DNA from: Bryobacterales bacterium KBS 96
GTDB lineage: Bacteria > Acidobacteriota > Terriglobia > Bryobacterales > Bryobacteraceae
Assembly: GCA_000381625.1 (NCBI GenBank)
Contig: KB906767.1
Coordinates: forward strand, 659,071 to 723,070
Length of the DNA stretch: 64,000 nucleotides
Direction of reading: 5' to 3'
Of this stretch, positions 49,476-59,943 are shown one piece after another (the stretch's first letter is position 1; each line of letters begins with the position of its first letter). Both the position numbers and the translations under genes were made by a program. A model generated the notes under the pieces. It had not been told where the DNA came from. It was given only the letters and a program-made list of their open reading frames with translations, and searched no databases.

Positions 49476-49515
49476 TCAATTCACACTTAATTTGATGTTA
49501 TCATTCAGCCGCAGC

Positions 49516-50832
49516 TTATATCGGCAATGTCAACCTTGCCTCGCAACCGGGACCGTCCTTCGCGTTTTTCAGCATGACGCTGCCACCGTGCGCCTCGGCA
49601 ATCTGACGGCAGAGTACAAGACCAATGCCCGAGCCGCCGCGCTTCGTCGTAAAGAACGGCACAAAAAGATTCGTGGTGTTGGAGAGGCCCGGCCCTTCAT
49701 CCCGGACAACAACGGTAACGCTTGATGCCGTCTGCTCGTATACCACGAAGACCCGGCCGCCTGTTTCGTGCGCCGCGTCCACCGCGTTGCGAACCAGGTT
49801 GATCAACGCCTGTTCGAGCTGGTCGGCATCGCCTTGGATCGTAAGCGGCGGCCCTTCTTCGAAAAACAAGTGCATACGCTGTTCGAGTTGCACGACGCGA
49901 TGCAACAAAGCATTGATTTCCACTGGAGCGAATTTCGGCGGCGGAAGCTTCGCCAGCCGGGCATAGGAGCTCATGAACCGGCTGAGGGCCTCAGATCGCG
50001 TCGCGATTACGTTGAGGCCTCTCGACATATCGTCTTTCCAATCTTCCGGTAGAGAATTCTCCTTGACCAGTGTTTCGAGGCTACGCGCAATCGACTTGAT
50101 CGGAGTCAGCGAATTGTTGAGCTCGTGGCCCAATACGCGGACGAGGCGCTGCCAGGCTTGCAACTCTTCTTCCCGAAGAGGGCGGGTAAGATCGGTGACG
50201 ACCAGGAGTTGATGCGGAACGCCGCCTTCGCGAAAATTGCTGCGGCGAATGCCCCACCTACCGCTTCCGCCAGGGAAATTGCGGGAGATAGTTTGATCGG
50301 GATCGCCGACCAGATACTCGGCCAGGCAAAGCGAGGTCGCATCGCGCGCGATGAGGCGTTCGGCCGGTTGCGCCAGCAGGCGCTCGCCGGCGCGGTTCAC
50401 CAGCCGGAGCGTCTGCTGCGGATCGAAGGCAAACACAGCGACTTCAATTTCTTCGACAACTTTTCGCAGAAGCGCCGTCGCTTCGAGGGCCCCGAGGCGT
50501 TGGGCACGCAGCGTGGCTGCCATGGCGTTGACCTGCTGCATGACTTCGCCCATGGGCTCGTCGGGATTTCCGACGCGAGCCCGGATGGAATAATCGCCCT
50601 CGCGCATGGCTTCGAGCAGATTCGCTAACGTGCGCAGAGGAGACGCGACCCGCTCCCGGGCCGCAAAGCTAAACCCGATCCAGCACAGAACGACTAATAA
50701 TCCGAAGGTCCACTGTTCGCGTCCGCTATGGCCGCCGGTCAGCAGCAGCACCATGGCCAGCACGAGAGCAGGCAGGCCGGCAGCTAGCGCAAACAGCAGA
50801 ACCCGCAGGTCATGGCTGATTCGGATTTTCAT
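49516..50832 (-). CDS. Sensor histidine kinase (TM, HAMP, HisKA, HATPase)
   Basis: H-box LGHELNNSLTPI and G-box GGSGIGLVLCRQI. Confidence 0.8.
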   Translation of the reverse strand: MKIRISHDLRVLLFALAAGLPALVLAMVLLLTGGHSGREQWTFGLLVVLCWIGFSFAARERVASPLRTLANLLEAMREGDYSIRARVGNPDEPMGEVMQQVNAMAATLRAQRLGALEATALLRKVVEEIEVAVFAFDPQQTLRLVNRAGERLLAQPAERLIARDATSLCLAEYLVGDPDQTISRNFPGGSGRWGIRRSNFREGGVPHQLLVVTDLTRPLREEELQAWQRLVRVLGHELNNSLTPIKSIARSLETLVKENSLPEDWKDDMSRGLNVIATRSEALSRFMSSYARLAKLPPPKFAPVEINALLHRVVQLEQRMHLFFEEGPPLTIQGDADQLEQALINLVRNAVDAAHETGGRVFVVYEQTASSVTVVVRDEGPGLSNTTNLFVPFFTTKRGGSGIGLVLCRQIAEAHGGSVMLKNAKDGPGCEARLTLPI

Positions 50833-50899
50833 GAAGATACCGGATCACGCCACGGCCAAATAACCATTCGTGCTCACAGAAACACTATGATGCACCACA

Positions 50900-52267
50900 T
50901 TAAAGACCGTAACGCTGCAAGCGCCGGTAGAGCGCACTCCGGCTGAGCCCGAGAGCGGAGGCCGCGTGGCTGACATTGCCCTGATATCGCGCGAGCGCTT
51001 TCTTGATGAGAGATGCCTCGACATCTTCCAGGCTCATGTCTTCGAGCTTTTGAGCGTTGCTCTGCCCTGCCCGCAACGCCAGATCGCCGACCCGAATGCA
51101 GTTATCCTGCGCCATGAGCACGGCGCGCTCGATCACGTGATTCAGCTCGCGAACATTTCCGGCCCAGACATGCTCATAGAGGGCCTGCAGCGCCGCTCCG
51201 TCGAATCCGGAAATTTGCTTTCGATACCGATGCGAATGGACTCCGAGGAAGTGGCTCGCCAGAGGACCGATATCTTCACGGCGCTCGCGCAAGGCAGGCA
51301 GGTGAATCTCGATCGTGTTCAGGCGAAACAGGAGATCCTGCCGGAACCGCCCGTTTTCGACTTGCTCCGCCAGGTTGGCGTTGGTAGCCGAGATGATCCG
51401 CACATCCACCCTCTTGGTTTTCGAAGAGCCCACGCGCTCCATTTCACCGATCTCGAGTACGCGAAGCAATTTAGACTGCAGATTCATCGGAACATTCGCG
51501 ATCTCATCGAGAAACAATGTTCCGCCGTCGGCCAGCTCGAATCGGCCGACACGATCGATTTTTGCGTCCGTAAAGGCGCCCTTTACGTGCCCGAACAGCT
51601 CGCTTTCAAAAACACCTTCGGCCAGGCCGCCCGCATTAACCGGCACCATGGGCTTCGCGCTCCGGTTGGAGATTGCGTGCAGCGAACGCGCCACCACCTC
51701 CTTGCCGGTCCCAGGTTCTCCCGTGATGAGTACGTTGGCATCGGAGGGCCCGACACGCGCGATGAGTTGCAGAACAGGCTGCATCGCCGGGGACTGCGCA
51801 ATCATCGTGGGCAGATTCTCGCCGCGAAGGAGCTGATTTTCCGCCTCGAGCCGCTGCCCGCGACGTAGCGCGGCGCTCAATTCCAATTGCGTTCGCACAA
51901 TGGAGGCGAGGCGCTCGTTTTCCCAGGGTTTTTGGATGAAATCCCGGGCCCCGCGCCGCATGGCTTCGACGGCCAGATCTACGCTGCCCCACGCGGTCAT
52001 GACAATTACCGGCACGGTTCCGTCGAGCGACTGAATCTTATGAAGCAGTTCGAGTCCCTCCTGCCCCGAAGTTGTGTCGCGCGAATAATTCAGGTCGATA
52101 ATGACCAGATCGAAATCTTTGTGCTCGAAACTTCTAAGAACTTCCGCGGGCGATTCGGCCGACTCGATTTTGTAGCCATCGCTTTTCAGCAACAGGCGAA
52201 GCGCTTCGAGGACGTCCGGCTGGTCGTCCGCGATCAGGATGCGTTGCTGCGATGGTGTCGTTTTCAT
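50900..52267 (-). CDS. Sigma54-dependent response regulator (NtrC family; REC, AAA+, HTH)
   Basis: ITGEPGTGKE, a GAFTDA variant of GAFTGA, and a C-terminal HTH; start at the ATG at 52267 (MKTTPSQQRILIADD). Confidence 0.85.
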   Translation of the reverse strand: MKTTPSQQRILIADDQPDVLEALRLLLKSDGYKIESAESPAEVLRSFEHKDFDLVIIDLNYSRDTTSGQEGLELLHKIQSLDGTVPVIVMTAWGSVDLAVEAMRRGARDFIQKPWENERLASIVRTQLELSAALRRGQRLEAENQLLRGENLPTMIAQSPAMQPVLQLIARVGPSDANVLITGEPGTGKEVVARSLHAISNRSAKPMVPVNAGGLAEGVFESELFGHVKGAFTDAKIDRVGRFELADGGTLFLDEIANVPMNLQSKLLRVLEIGEMERVGSSKTKRVDVRIISATNANLAEQVENGRFRQDLLFRLNTIEIHLPALRERREDIGPLASHFLGVHSHRYRKQISGFDGAALQALYEHVWAGNVRELNHVIERAVLMAQDNCIRVGDLALRAGQSNAQKLEDMSLEDVEASLIKKALARYQGNVSHAASALGLSRSALYRRLQRYGL

Positions 52268-52409
52268 GGAATGGAGGCCGGAGGGGCGCACGCTCCGCCG
52301 CTGCGCGCGCCAAATGTTTTGTGCTGAAACGCTTCCGGCTCAGTTTCAGTATTGCCTTCACAAAAGAACCGCTATACTAGCGAAACGCTCCACCTGCCCC
52401 AGGCGCCGC

Positions 52410-53075
52410 TCAGGTGGTCTTAATCCACCCATCCTCCAGTTGGATGATGCGATGCCCATATTCGGCATTCTTTTCATTGTGGGTCACCTGGATAATCGTC
52501 GTACCCTCCTGATTCAGCTTCTTGAATAACTCCATGATCTCCTTGCCCTGGCTCGAATGGAGGTTACCGGTCGGCTCGTCGGCAAGAATCACCCTCGGGT
52601 TGGCGATCATGGCGCGCGCCACGGCCACAAGCTGCTGCTGGCCGCCCGAGAGCTGGTTGGGGTAAAGGTCCTTCTTGCCGACCATATTGAACCGGTCGAG
52701 GGCGTCGCACACGATGCTCTCCCGTTCCGACTTCTTGATATTGCGATAGGAAAGAGGAATATCCAGGTTCTCGTAGACCGTGAGCGAGTCAAGCAGGTGA
52801 TAGCTCTGGAAGACGAACCCGATGTGCTTCTTGTAGAGTTCCGCCCGGTCTTTTTTGTTTAGTTTGTGGATCGGGAAATCGAGGAAGTGGTACTCCCCTG
52901 TCCAACTGCTATCGTGCATGCCGAGGATATGGAGCATGGTGGACTTCCCCGCTCCGGACGGCCCCATGATGGAAATGAACTCGCCCTCTTTGATCTCGAC
53001 GTTGATGCGCCGGAGAACGAAAGTTTTGCTCGGGCCATGTTCAAAGTATTTTTCAATGTTGCGAAGAGAAATCAT
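52410..53075 (-). CDS. ABC transporter ATP-binding protein (MacB/LolD/DevA-like ATPase only)
   Basis: Walker [10 protein letters not shown], signature LSGGQQQ, Walker [11 protein letters not shown]. Confidence 0.85.
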   Translation of the reverse strand: MISLRNIEKYFEHGPSKTFVLRRINVEIKEGEFISIMGPSGAGKSTMLHILGMHDSSWTGEYHFLDFPIHKLNKKDRAELYKKHIGFVFQSYHLLDSLTVYENLDIPLSYRNIKKSERESIVCDALDRFNMVGKKDLYPNQLSGGQQQLVAVARAMIANPRVILADEPTGNLHSSQGKEIMELFKKLNQEGTTIIQVTHNEKNAEYGHRIIQLEDGWIKTT

Positions 53076-53166
53076 CCGTACCTACTCATACCGCAAAGCG
53101 ATTGCGTCTGCTTGCGTTCGACTCTCGGGAAGCGGGCAAGCAGGCGCACGCTATACATCTTGTGCG

Positions 53167-53381
53167 CTATATACAGCGCGCGGGCGGCGGCAGGAGCTTG
53201 TGAAGCGGTGTCTGGTGGAACCGGTTCATATGAAATGGGCCGACTCGAACGTCAACCGCAGACGGAGTATGGAAATGCATCCGTGCCTGAGCCACGCGCA
53301 CCGCAACGTTGTGCGTTCGAGAGATCACGGCAAACCCCAGCAGTAGCAGCAAAATGGCCCAGATATCCACATGCTTATGAA

Positions 53382-53385
<4 letters not shown>
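53167..53385 (-). CDS. Small His-rich single-TM hypothetical protein, translationally coupled to the upstream ATPase
   Basis: ATGA overlap with the ATPase stop and a GAGG Shine-Dalgarno 7 nt upstream. The product MIHKHVDIWAILLLLLGFAVIS... has 8 His in 72 aa. Confidence 0.35.
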
Positions 53386-54098
<713 letters not shown>

Positions 54099-54186
54099 GC
54101 GTGCTTTTCCTCCAGTGCGGCTTCTTTCCTAATACGTCCGATTGGGTGCTTCCGTTCCAGTTTGTGCGAAAAAGGGCGATACCATT

Positions 54187-55476
54187 CTATTGACCTCCAA
54201 CCGGCATCGCGGGCGCCGGGCTTAACCGGATGTGCTGCTGCGAATCCCACTGCGACATGTCTGAAAGGATCGCCCAATCACCCACTTTTAGACCGCTCAA
54301 CACCTGAATGGTGTTTACCGAAGCGGCCCCAAATTTCACATTGACGTGAGTAGCGCTTCTGCCGTCGGGTGCGATCTTAAACAGTCCGACCGTGGAATTG
54401 GGCTGTCCGAACACCGGCCGGCCGATCTGGACTACATCGGGCAATCGCTCTAGCTGAACGGTTCCATCGACGCTCAACCCAGGGCGGCGGGAGCCCGGAG
54501 GAAGGGGGCCGTCCAGCTTGCAATCCACTGTCACGGTGCCGTTCTGGGCGGCAGGATAGATGCGAATGACATGCGCTGGCACGATGCCGTTTCGCGTATC
54601 GATCTCGGCCTGTTGGTTGATGGCAATGTCGCTCATCTGGGTTTCGGGAATGTTCAGCTCAGCTTTCAACTTCCTGGGATTCGCAACTTTGGCGAGGATT
54701 GTGCCGGGAGTGACGCGCTGGCCGACTTCGACGTCGACTTCCTGCACGACGCCATCGACGCCGGCGCGCATCGCCAACTGGTCTACCTGTTTTTGCTTGA
54801 GGTCATATTGGGCGCGCGCCGAGTCGACGGCAACCTGCTGCTCCTCAATCTGCGCTTTGATGGAGTCGTCATTGATTTCCAGCCGCTGCTTTTGCAGCGC
54901 GAGCCGCTTCGAAAGCGAATCCGCCTGCGCGACCGAAAGCTTGGTCTCAAGCTCGGATTTCAGACCTAGACGAGTCAGCTCCAAGTCGCGATCCGCAGTC
55001 AGTTTCGCCTGGTTGTATTGCGATTCGAGATCGGCAAGCGTGGCGCGCTGGTCCAGTTTGCCGCTTTCAAGCTTCACTTTCAGATCGGCAAGCGTGGCCT
55101 GCGCCTGCTTCCATTTCCATTCGGCATCGTGAGCCGCCAATTCCATGTCCGGGTTGCTCAATCGCAGGATGACTTCGTTGGCGCCAACCGTGTCCCCCGC
55201 CCGGTGCTCAATACTATCAACGCGTGAGTCGGCGGCCGCTGGTATCCACACAATCTCTTCCGGGATAAGCGTTCCGAGCCCGCGCACGTCTCTGATCATC
55301 GGACCGCGCTTTACCTGGCCGGGCCAGAGGGTCGAGCCATCGACCTCAGGCGATGCAGGTTTCAGACGGAGAGCGAACACAGTGCCGCCGCCGAGGACAG
55401 CTACCGCCAAAACAATGTAAGCGATGCGCTTAATGGTCCGACGGCGGGCGACTTCTTTTCCACGAGGAATATCCAT
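54187..55476 (-). CDS. HlyD/MacA/DevB-like membrane fusion protein (periplasmic adaptor)
   Basis: N-terminal TM helix, a long coiled-coil (heptad Q/L/A-rich 200-aa region) and a C-terminal beta-barrel; start at the ATG at 55476 (MDIPRGKEV). Confidence 0.8.
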   Translation of the reverse strand: MDIPRGKEVARRRTIKRIAYIVLAVAVLGGGTVFALRLKPASPEVDGSTLWPGQVKRGPMIRDVRGLGTLIPEEIVWIPAAADSRVDSIEHRAGDTVGANEVILRLSNPDMELAAHDAEWKWKQAQATLADLKVKLESGKLDQRATLADLESQYNQAKLTADRDLELTRLGLKSELETKLSVAQADSLSKRLALQKQRLEINDDSIKAQIEEQQVAVDSARAQYDLKQKQVDQLAMRAGVDGVVQEVDVEVGQRVTPGTILAKVANPRKLKAELNIPETQMSDIAINQQAEIDTRNGIVPAHVIRIYPAAQNGTVTVDCKLDGPLPPGSRRPGLSVDGTVQLERLPDVVQIGRPVFGQPNSTVGLFKIAPDGRSATHVNVKFGAASVNTIQVLSGLKVGDWAILSDMSQWDSQQHIRLSPAPAMPVGGQ

Positions 55477-55492
55477 GAGACACCCCTTCAGA

Positions 55493-55509
55493 AGCACTTT
55501 CGGCGCCAG
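55493..55509 (-). promoter_or_regulatory. Candidate sigma54 -24/-12 promoter (TGGCGC-N5-GTGC) upstream of the MFP gene
   Basis: Minus strand CTGGCGCCGAAAGTGCT with exact GG-N10-GC spacing. Weakness: the predicted TSS lies only about 6 nt from the ATG. Confidence 0.25.
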
Positions 55510-55580
55510 TCTCGCATGAATTGTAACCAATTGAAAATAAAGAGGCTTGCGGAACGACCCGCCGATCGCGAAGGCCGCAG

Positions 55581-56675
55581 GTGTCCGTTTGTGGGATTCG
55601 CCTTGTGCGCTGTGGAACGAATTCTTGCCGACGGTCCAGCTTCGCGTCTCCAGCCGCCGCACGTTTCCCGAACAAACGAACCCACCAGGCGTTTCGCGCT
55701 ACGCTGAGAACTGTGAGTTCCACGGTACAACGAAGTCCAGTTTGGGGCCGAACTATACGGTCGCTGGACGGGTTTCGGCGATTCGCCTGGGGCGTGCTGG
55801 CCTACAACATACTGGTCGTTTTGTGGGGCGCTTATGTGCGAGCGAGCGGATCGGGCGCCGGCTGCGGCGACCATTGGCCGCTCTGCAACGGCCAGGTAGT
55901 TCCGAAGGCGCCGCAAATTGAGACGATGATCGAGTACAGCCACAGGCTGACGAGCGGGTTATCCGTCTTTCTTGTGGTTGGCCTGTGCCTGTGGGCATTC
56001 CTCTTGTTCCCGCGAGGCGACCGCGTTAGAAAGCTTGCCGGCGCGTCGGTGGCGTTTTTGTTCATCGAAGCGCTGCTGGGGGCGGGGTTAGTTCTTTTCA
56101 ATGTCGGCCAGAACGCCTCCATCGGACACACGATCTATTTGTCCGCGCATTTGGCAAACACGCTCCTGCTGCTAGCGGCGCTCGTCCTAACTGCGTGGTT
56201 CGCCGGCGGGTCGGAAAGACCGCTTCATTTGCGGGAAGTTCCGTGGCCGTTCTGGGCCACTCTTCCGCTGGCGATGTTCGTGTGTGTTACCGGCACGATC
56301 GCGGCCCTCGGCGACACGGCTTTTCCGTCGGCAACGTTGAGCGCCGGCATCAGGCAGGACTTTTCGTCGACGGCTAGCTTCTTGATCCGGCTGCGAATGT
56401 TCCACCCGTTTGTCGCGGCGATTTCAGGCCTGCTCTTCGCGGCCGTCGCTTTGTTCGCGCTACGCAACACGGAGCGTCCGAAAATGCGCGGCCTCGCTAT
56501 GACAGTGGTCATCGTAACCTTCGTCCAACTCTGCGCCGGCGTGCTGAACCTCGCGCTGCTTGCTCCGGTCTGGATGCAGATTCTACATCTGTTTCTGGCG
56601 GATATCGTTTGGATCGCGCTGGTTCTATTTGTGGCGGAAGCCGCTCGGCCGGTCAGCGTTCCCCTTCGCCGTTAA
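55581..56675 (+). CDS. ctaA: Heme A synthase (CtaA/COX15 family)
   Basis: Motifs GSGAGCGDHWPLCNG and EYSHRLTSG with 8 TM helices. The 60-aa R/S-rich N-terminal extension suggests a later, unidentified start. Confidence 0.75.
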   Translation: MSVCGIRLVRCGTNSCRRSSFASPAAARFPNKRTHQAFRATLRTVSSTVQRSPVWGRTIRSLDGFRRFAWGVLAYNILVVLWGAYVRASGSGAGCGDHWPLCNGQVVPKAPQIETMIEYSHRLTSGLSVFLVVGLCLWAFLLFPRGDRVRKLAGASVAFLFIEALLGAGLVLFNVGQNASIGHTIYLSAHLANTLLLLAALVLTAWFAGGSERPLHLREVPWPFWATLPLAMFVCVTGTIAALGDTAFPSATLSAGIRQDFSSTASFLIRLRMFHPFVAAISGLLFAAVALFALRNTERPKMRGLAMTVVIVTFVQLCAGVLNLALLAPVWMQILHLFLADIVWIALVLFVAEAARPVSVPLRR

Positions 56676-56741
56676 GCCGTACTAACCTGATATACCGGAA
56701 CTCGTGAGGGGCGAGTCGCGTCCCTGGAAAGTGAAAACTTT

Positions 56742-57449
56742 ATGTCTCTGAAACTACTGCTGTTGACATCGATCGCCTTGCCATTTTTAGCGCAGGCGCA
56801 GGATGCGCGACCGGCGATGCGTCGTCAGATCGTGCGCGCCACGGGAGAGGCGACGTTAACCTCCAAACCCGACCAGGCCCGGCTTTCGGTGGGCGTGATT
56901 ACCGATGCCGCCACGGCGGAAGAGGCCATGCAGAAAAACGCGACTCAGACGACTACGGTGCTTGACGCATTGAAGAAAATTGTAGCGTCCAACGGAGAAA
57001 TCAAGACGTCCAATTACTCCGTAAGCCCGCAATATAAATATGAGCAGGGCCATAGTCCGGAGATTACCGGATACCAGGCGAGCAACACAGTGGAAGTGAT
57101 ACTGAACGATCTGAGCCTGGTTGGCAAAGTGATCGATGGCGCGGGACACGCAGGCTCCAATAACATCAACAGCATCGCGTTTACGCTAAAGAACGATCAA
57201 GCTGTGCGAGCCAGAGTGATCGCCGAGGCGACGAGGCAGGCACGAGCCAACGCAGAAGCCATCGCGCAGGCACTGAACGTAAAAGTGGTCGGCGTTGCGT
57301 CCGCTGAAACCGTGGAAGGAGGCAACCCGCGACCGATGCAGCCGATGTTCGCAATGGCCAGACAGGCGATGCCTGCTCCCACCCCGGTGGAAACGGGAAC
57401 GCTCGAAGTGCATGCAACCGTGTCGGTAACGTTGGACGTGGAGAAATAG
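56742..57449 (+). CDS. SIMPL (DUF541) domain periplasmic protein
   Basis: Signal peptide plus the SIMPL pattern (GEATLTSKPDQARLSVGV...TGYQASNTVEV). Confidence 0.75.
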   Translation: MSLKLLLLTSIALPFLAQAQDARPAMRRQIVRATGEATLTSKPDQARLSVGVITDAATAEEAMQKNATQTTTVLDALKKIVASNGEIKTSNYSVSPQYKYEQGHSPEITGYQASNTVEVILNDLSLVGKVIDGAGHAGSNNINSIAFTLKNDQAVRARVIAEATRQARANAEAIAQALNVKVVGVASAETVEGGNPRPMQPMFAMARQAMPAPTPVETGTLEVHATVSVTLDVEK

Positions 57450-57545
57450 AAGAACAGACCTTTAACCACTCCCTTGCGGTCGTGGCTCGGTAAAGCTGAC
57501 CGCGAGGAAGCGGTTTCAACGCTCATGCTGACGAACTTCGGTTGG

Positions 57546-58166
57546 TCATGTTGACCGGACCGGGGACTTGCCGCTCCAGACTGGGTATGGCAGTCCCGCC
57601 AGTCGGTTTATCAGAAAGGCCTGGACGGTCAGCAACACCACCGCAACCTCAATGATCGTCAGGTTGCGTGGCATCGAGAGAATTCCCAGAGAGACGATGA
57701 GCGTAGTGGCGCCCGCCGGTGGGTGATTGATCCGCAGCAAGACCATGAAAGCTCCGGTGAATGCCAGAGATAGCGCCGCCGCCAATATTCTTGGCCAGTA
57801 AACACCGTGATGAAAGTTTGCGGGGCCGTACGTTAGAGCGGAAAATCGGAAGGCGCCATAGCCACATGCCAAGCCGATGGCGTGCCCCAGAATGGCATTT
57901 TTCGGACTAGCCGATTCAGCAAGCGGCGAGAAAAAGAAGAGATACGCCGTCGGCCCTAAGGACGGAAACACAAAAGTAGTGCCGGTGAGGACTGCAAGCA
58001 ACGACAACAATGCAATGGTGATAAATCCATTTACGAACACATAAAGCGCATGTACGAGCCGCGGAGGAAAGCGCTTCAACAGCCAGGTCAGACGAAGACG
58101 ATCCACCAGCTTGAAAATGTGCTCGGTTCCGGAGGATCGGAGACCGGATCTTAGTTCAGAGGGCAT
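57546..58166 (-). CDS. HPP family membrane protein
   Basis: Signature INHPPAGATTLIVSLG with four TM helices. Confidence 0.75.
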   Translation of the reverse strand: MPSELRSGLRSSGTEHIFKLVDRLRLTWLLKRFPPRLVHALYVFVNGFITIALLSLLAVLTGTTFVFPSLGPTAYLFFFSPLAESASPKNAILGHAIGLACGYGAFRFSALTYGPANFHHGVYWPRILAAALSLAFTGAFMVLLRINHPPAGATTLIVSLGILSMPRNLTIIEVAVVLLTVQAFLINRLAGLPYPVWSGKSPVRST

Positions 58167-59833
58167 CAGATATTCGGCAGCAAGTCAAAATATTCATGGT
58201 CTTCATTCGACCCGCCCTCGCCTTCACCGAGAACCTTTTCCGATTCGATGAATTCAATTCGCTCGATCCACTTGACCATCTTGTATCCCAGTTGGTTTTC
58301 CACGCGCAGCCGAAGGGGCGCGCCATACACGGTTGCGAGCGGCGCGCCATTCATTCCAGTAGCAAGCAGGCACTCCGGTTTCAGCACATTATCGAGGCTC
58401 TGGGTGTCGTAATATCCGCCGCCGTACAGGGCTTCGCCAAAGGAAAAAAAGGCAACGGCCTTGGCGGACGGTTTGGGTTTCACCAGATCGATCAGCGTCT
58501 TCATGGGCAGGCCATTCCACTGGGCAATGCCAGACCAGCCCTGGATGCAATGATGCATCGTGATTTGCTCGTTCTCCCCCAACGCCTGGATTTCCGATAA
58601 CGACAACTCCACCGGATTTTCGACCAAGCCGCCCACCTTAAGCTTGAAATCGCGGAAATCGCTCGCCGCCATTTGTTTCCAATCGTCGCGTTGCGGCACC
58701 TTACCGTTCGGCCAGAAATGTGGCGAGATCTGGTCTTTCGTATACCGCTCCCTTGGATGGAGGCGATTGAGAGTGACCAGGCGGATGGGCAGCGAGATCG
58801 CTTTCTGAACATGCTGGAGAAGGCGCGGCAACCTCCACGAGATGTAATGAGCGGCGATCCACGAAGCAATCACCACGGCAAGCCCCACAAAGCCGAGAAC
58901 CATTCCCAGCGGCCCCAAATTGTCCGTCCCCAGAACGATGTGGTTCATATTTCGCTCAAACCCGGTCAAGGCAACCAGAGTGACGTGAACGATGAGGAAT
59001 CCAACCCAGCAGAGCATCATCAGGAAGTGAATAGAGCGGGCGCCTTGCCTTCCGCCAAATATCCGAGGAAACCACGGAAAGCGATTCACCATTGCGGGCG
59101 ACATCGCCGCGCCCGCGACAATCGAAATGGGCGCAAACACGAAGACAACGAAGAAATAAGACAACTGCTGAAGAGGGTTATAGGCATAAAAGCCGTTCGG
59201 TTCGGGCGGAAAATGGAAGTTCGCGTAATGGACGAAGGCCGCCCAGGCCTGAGGCAGGATTGTCCAGGACGTTGGAACCAGTCTGGCCCATTGTCCCGAC
59301 ACAAAAAGCAACGGAATAAAAATCAGGCCTGTGATAATAAACCCATAAACATCGATAAAATGCCACGACCGCGCCACACCGACCGTGTGCCGGTAGCCCG
59401 GTAACCCAAATATCGGCGAGATGTACCGCGCATCGTCTTTCGCGGTCCAAATGCGGTCGGTCGGCACATGCAACGGCGTGAAACGAATCCACTCCGAGCC
59501 CGGCGTACAGTCGTTGTTGAAATAGAGGCGCGGATGATCCATCAAAATAGACAGTCCACTGCGGACCAGCATCATCAAAAAAACAAAGTTGAAGAAATGC
59601 GCCCAACGAAGCCACCATGGAAAACCGTGGATGCCAGTGAAAGTGGCCGCATTGAATTCTGGCGTTGGCGGAAGATACGGCAATCCGAAAACCGCAGCTT
59701 GCCCCCACGCCAGCACTAACGGAATAAGCGCGAGGCAAACGGCAGTCATAATAAACGACGGCTTGACCCAGATCCGAAATCGCCGATCCGGCGGATAATG
59801 AACCGCCTTATGAGCTGCGTCGAACGCGATCAT
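58166..59833 (-). CDS. Molybdopterin-dependent oxidoreductase (sulfite-oxidase/MsrP-like domain) fused to an N-terminal 6-TM MsrQ/YedZ-like domain
   Basis: C-terminal domain with HHCIQGWS (Moco-binding Cys) and an N-terminal multi-TM domain with conserved His residues. Confidence 0.65.
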   Translation of the reverse strand: MIAFDAAHKAVHYPPDRRFRIWVKPSFIMTAVCLALIPLVLAWGQAAVFGLPYLPPTPEFNAATFTGIHGFPWWLRWAHFFNFVFLMMLVRSGLSILMDHPRLYFNNDCTPGSEWIRFTPLHVPTDRIWTAKDDARYISPIFGLPGYRHTVGVARSWHFIDVYGFIITGLIFIPLLFVSGQWARLVPTSWTILPQAWAAFVHYANFHFPPEPNGFYAYNPLQQLSYFFVVFVFAPISIVAGAAMSPAMVNRFPWFPRIFGGRQGARSIHFLMMLCWVGFLIVHVTLVALTGFERNMNHIVLGTDNLGPLGMVLGFVGLAVVIASWIAAHYISWRLPRLLQHVQKAISLPIRLVTLNRLHPRERYTKDQISPHFWPNGKVPQRDDWKQMAASDFRDFKLKVGGLVENPVELSLSEIQALGENEQITMHHCIQGWSGIAQWNGLPMKTLIDLVKPKPSAKAVAFFSFGEALYGGGYYDTQSLDNVLKPECLLATGMNGAPLATVYGAPLRLRVENQLGYKMVKWIERIEFIESEKVLGEGEGGSNEDHEYFDLLPNI

Positions 59834-59943
59834 GTGTTCTCAAATTTAAAACGTAGGAGGAGCGGAAGCCTGCTTTGAGCTTACCTCGTGGAATTACGCC
59901 AGAGACACATCAGATGAAGCGGCGCGGAATGGATTGCCGCCAG

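Noticed and set aside
53100-53140. tRNA-like T-loop sequence GTTCGACTC
   Set aside because: No flanking T-stem, acceptor stem or anticodon arm can be built; it is not a tRNA.
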